Of a DNA stretch of 60,379 nucleotides, positions 59,696-60,379 are shown one piece after another. Position 1 is the first letter of the stretch; each line of letters begins with the position of its first letter. A model generated the notes under the pieces. That model saw only the letters and a program-made list of their open reading frames with translations. It was not told the origin of the DNA and did no database searches. The stretch is from positions 1-60,379 of the forward strand of contig JALDZS010000149.1 of NCBI GenBank assembly GCA_022813965.1, given 5' to 3'. The stretch comes from Toensbergia leucococca (Eukaryota). Position numbers and translations under genes: made by a program.

Positions 59696-60379
59696 ATATA
59701 TACGCGGGGTTTTTGTGTTTTAATAAAGAGTATGATATTGTGTTGTTTTGCATGTTCAGGTGACGTTACTTTCCTGGGGAACTGTACTCGAGAATGTAGC
59801 TGAAGTGTCTCTCTCTGATCCTCGTCAATGCCCACCAACGAGAGGGAGATGAGAACCAGGCCTAGGGGGCGCCGCAAGACTTGCATTGCACACCCACTTT
59901 GACTTGGGAAAAGCCGGCCCAGCTCGGCTCCACAGTCTTGAAATGAAAAACCACCGTCTCATGTTCATCCCAACAACCATCACCAAGAATAACAAGGGGA
60001 GATTTCACAACCCCACATTTTCGATACCACATCCACATTCACCGCACCCCACCACCCTTCCTTGAAAAAAAAAAATTAGGGCAAAATCATCAATCCACAA
60101 AAGATCGAGATCTCACAATCTCCCCTTTCCCATCTTAGCAGGAGGGGGGGAAACCAAAAGACTTTTTCAAAAAAACCCCATTCCATTTGCCCCCTAAACT
60201 AAACTACCCTACTACGTCCCCCCAAATCCACCTCCCAAACTAGAAAAAAAAAAAAAAAAAAAAAGACACCCGAAATCTCGTGTCCACACTAACCTCCCTC
60301 CCCCTCCTTCCAAATCCCCCTCCAAACCGCCCCCCTTGCCAAAAAATCTCCAAAGGTCCACCAATCCGCCCCAAAGGTA

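Noticed and set aside
60050..60379. C/A-rich window end as a telomeric repeat
   Set aside because: There is no tandem CCCTAA array, only poly-A/poly-C low-complexity sequence.

Overview
Intron-containing genomic DNA from a filamentous ascomycete (Pezizomycotina; a lichen-forming lineage is plausible but cannot be established from this window). Conserved genes are RPN7 (3' end), ALT1, KAR5, MET22, RSM1-like, NCR1, a DUF2433-type phosphoesterase, UFD4, LUC7 and GPI16. Two accessory blocks lie among them. Block 1 (~1.5-12.7 kb) holds a decayed HET-domain pseudogene, an orphan membrane gene, three intronless F-box-like paralogues (one frameshifted), a ~620-bp foldback/MITE-like element and a perfect 21-bp minisatellite. 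Block 2 (~20.6-34.6 kb) holds a nonsense-interrupted membrane gene, an intact DUF3328/UstYa-type oxidase, a GNAT acetyltransferase, a Pth11-like rhodopsin-domain membrane protein, an amino-acid/choline permease and an intact HET gene. The best lead is a 47-aa, two-exon secreted peptide gene absent from the ORF track (23679-23897, MHLNSATILALLTLLATSATAAPIPIEPPAKCRGGVNSGSIKGIECL). It sits head-to-head with the DUF3328 oxidase and is a candidate non-repeat, aromatic-free, two-Cys fungal RiPP or signalling-peptide system. All gene models and family calls were read by eye; no database searches were run.
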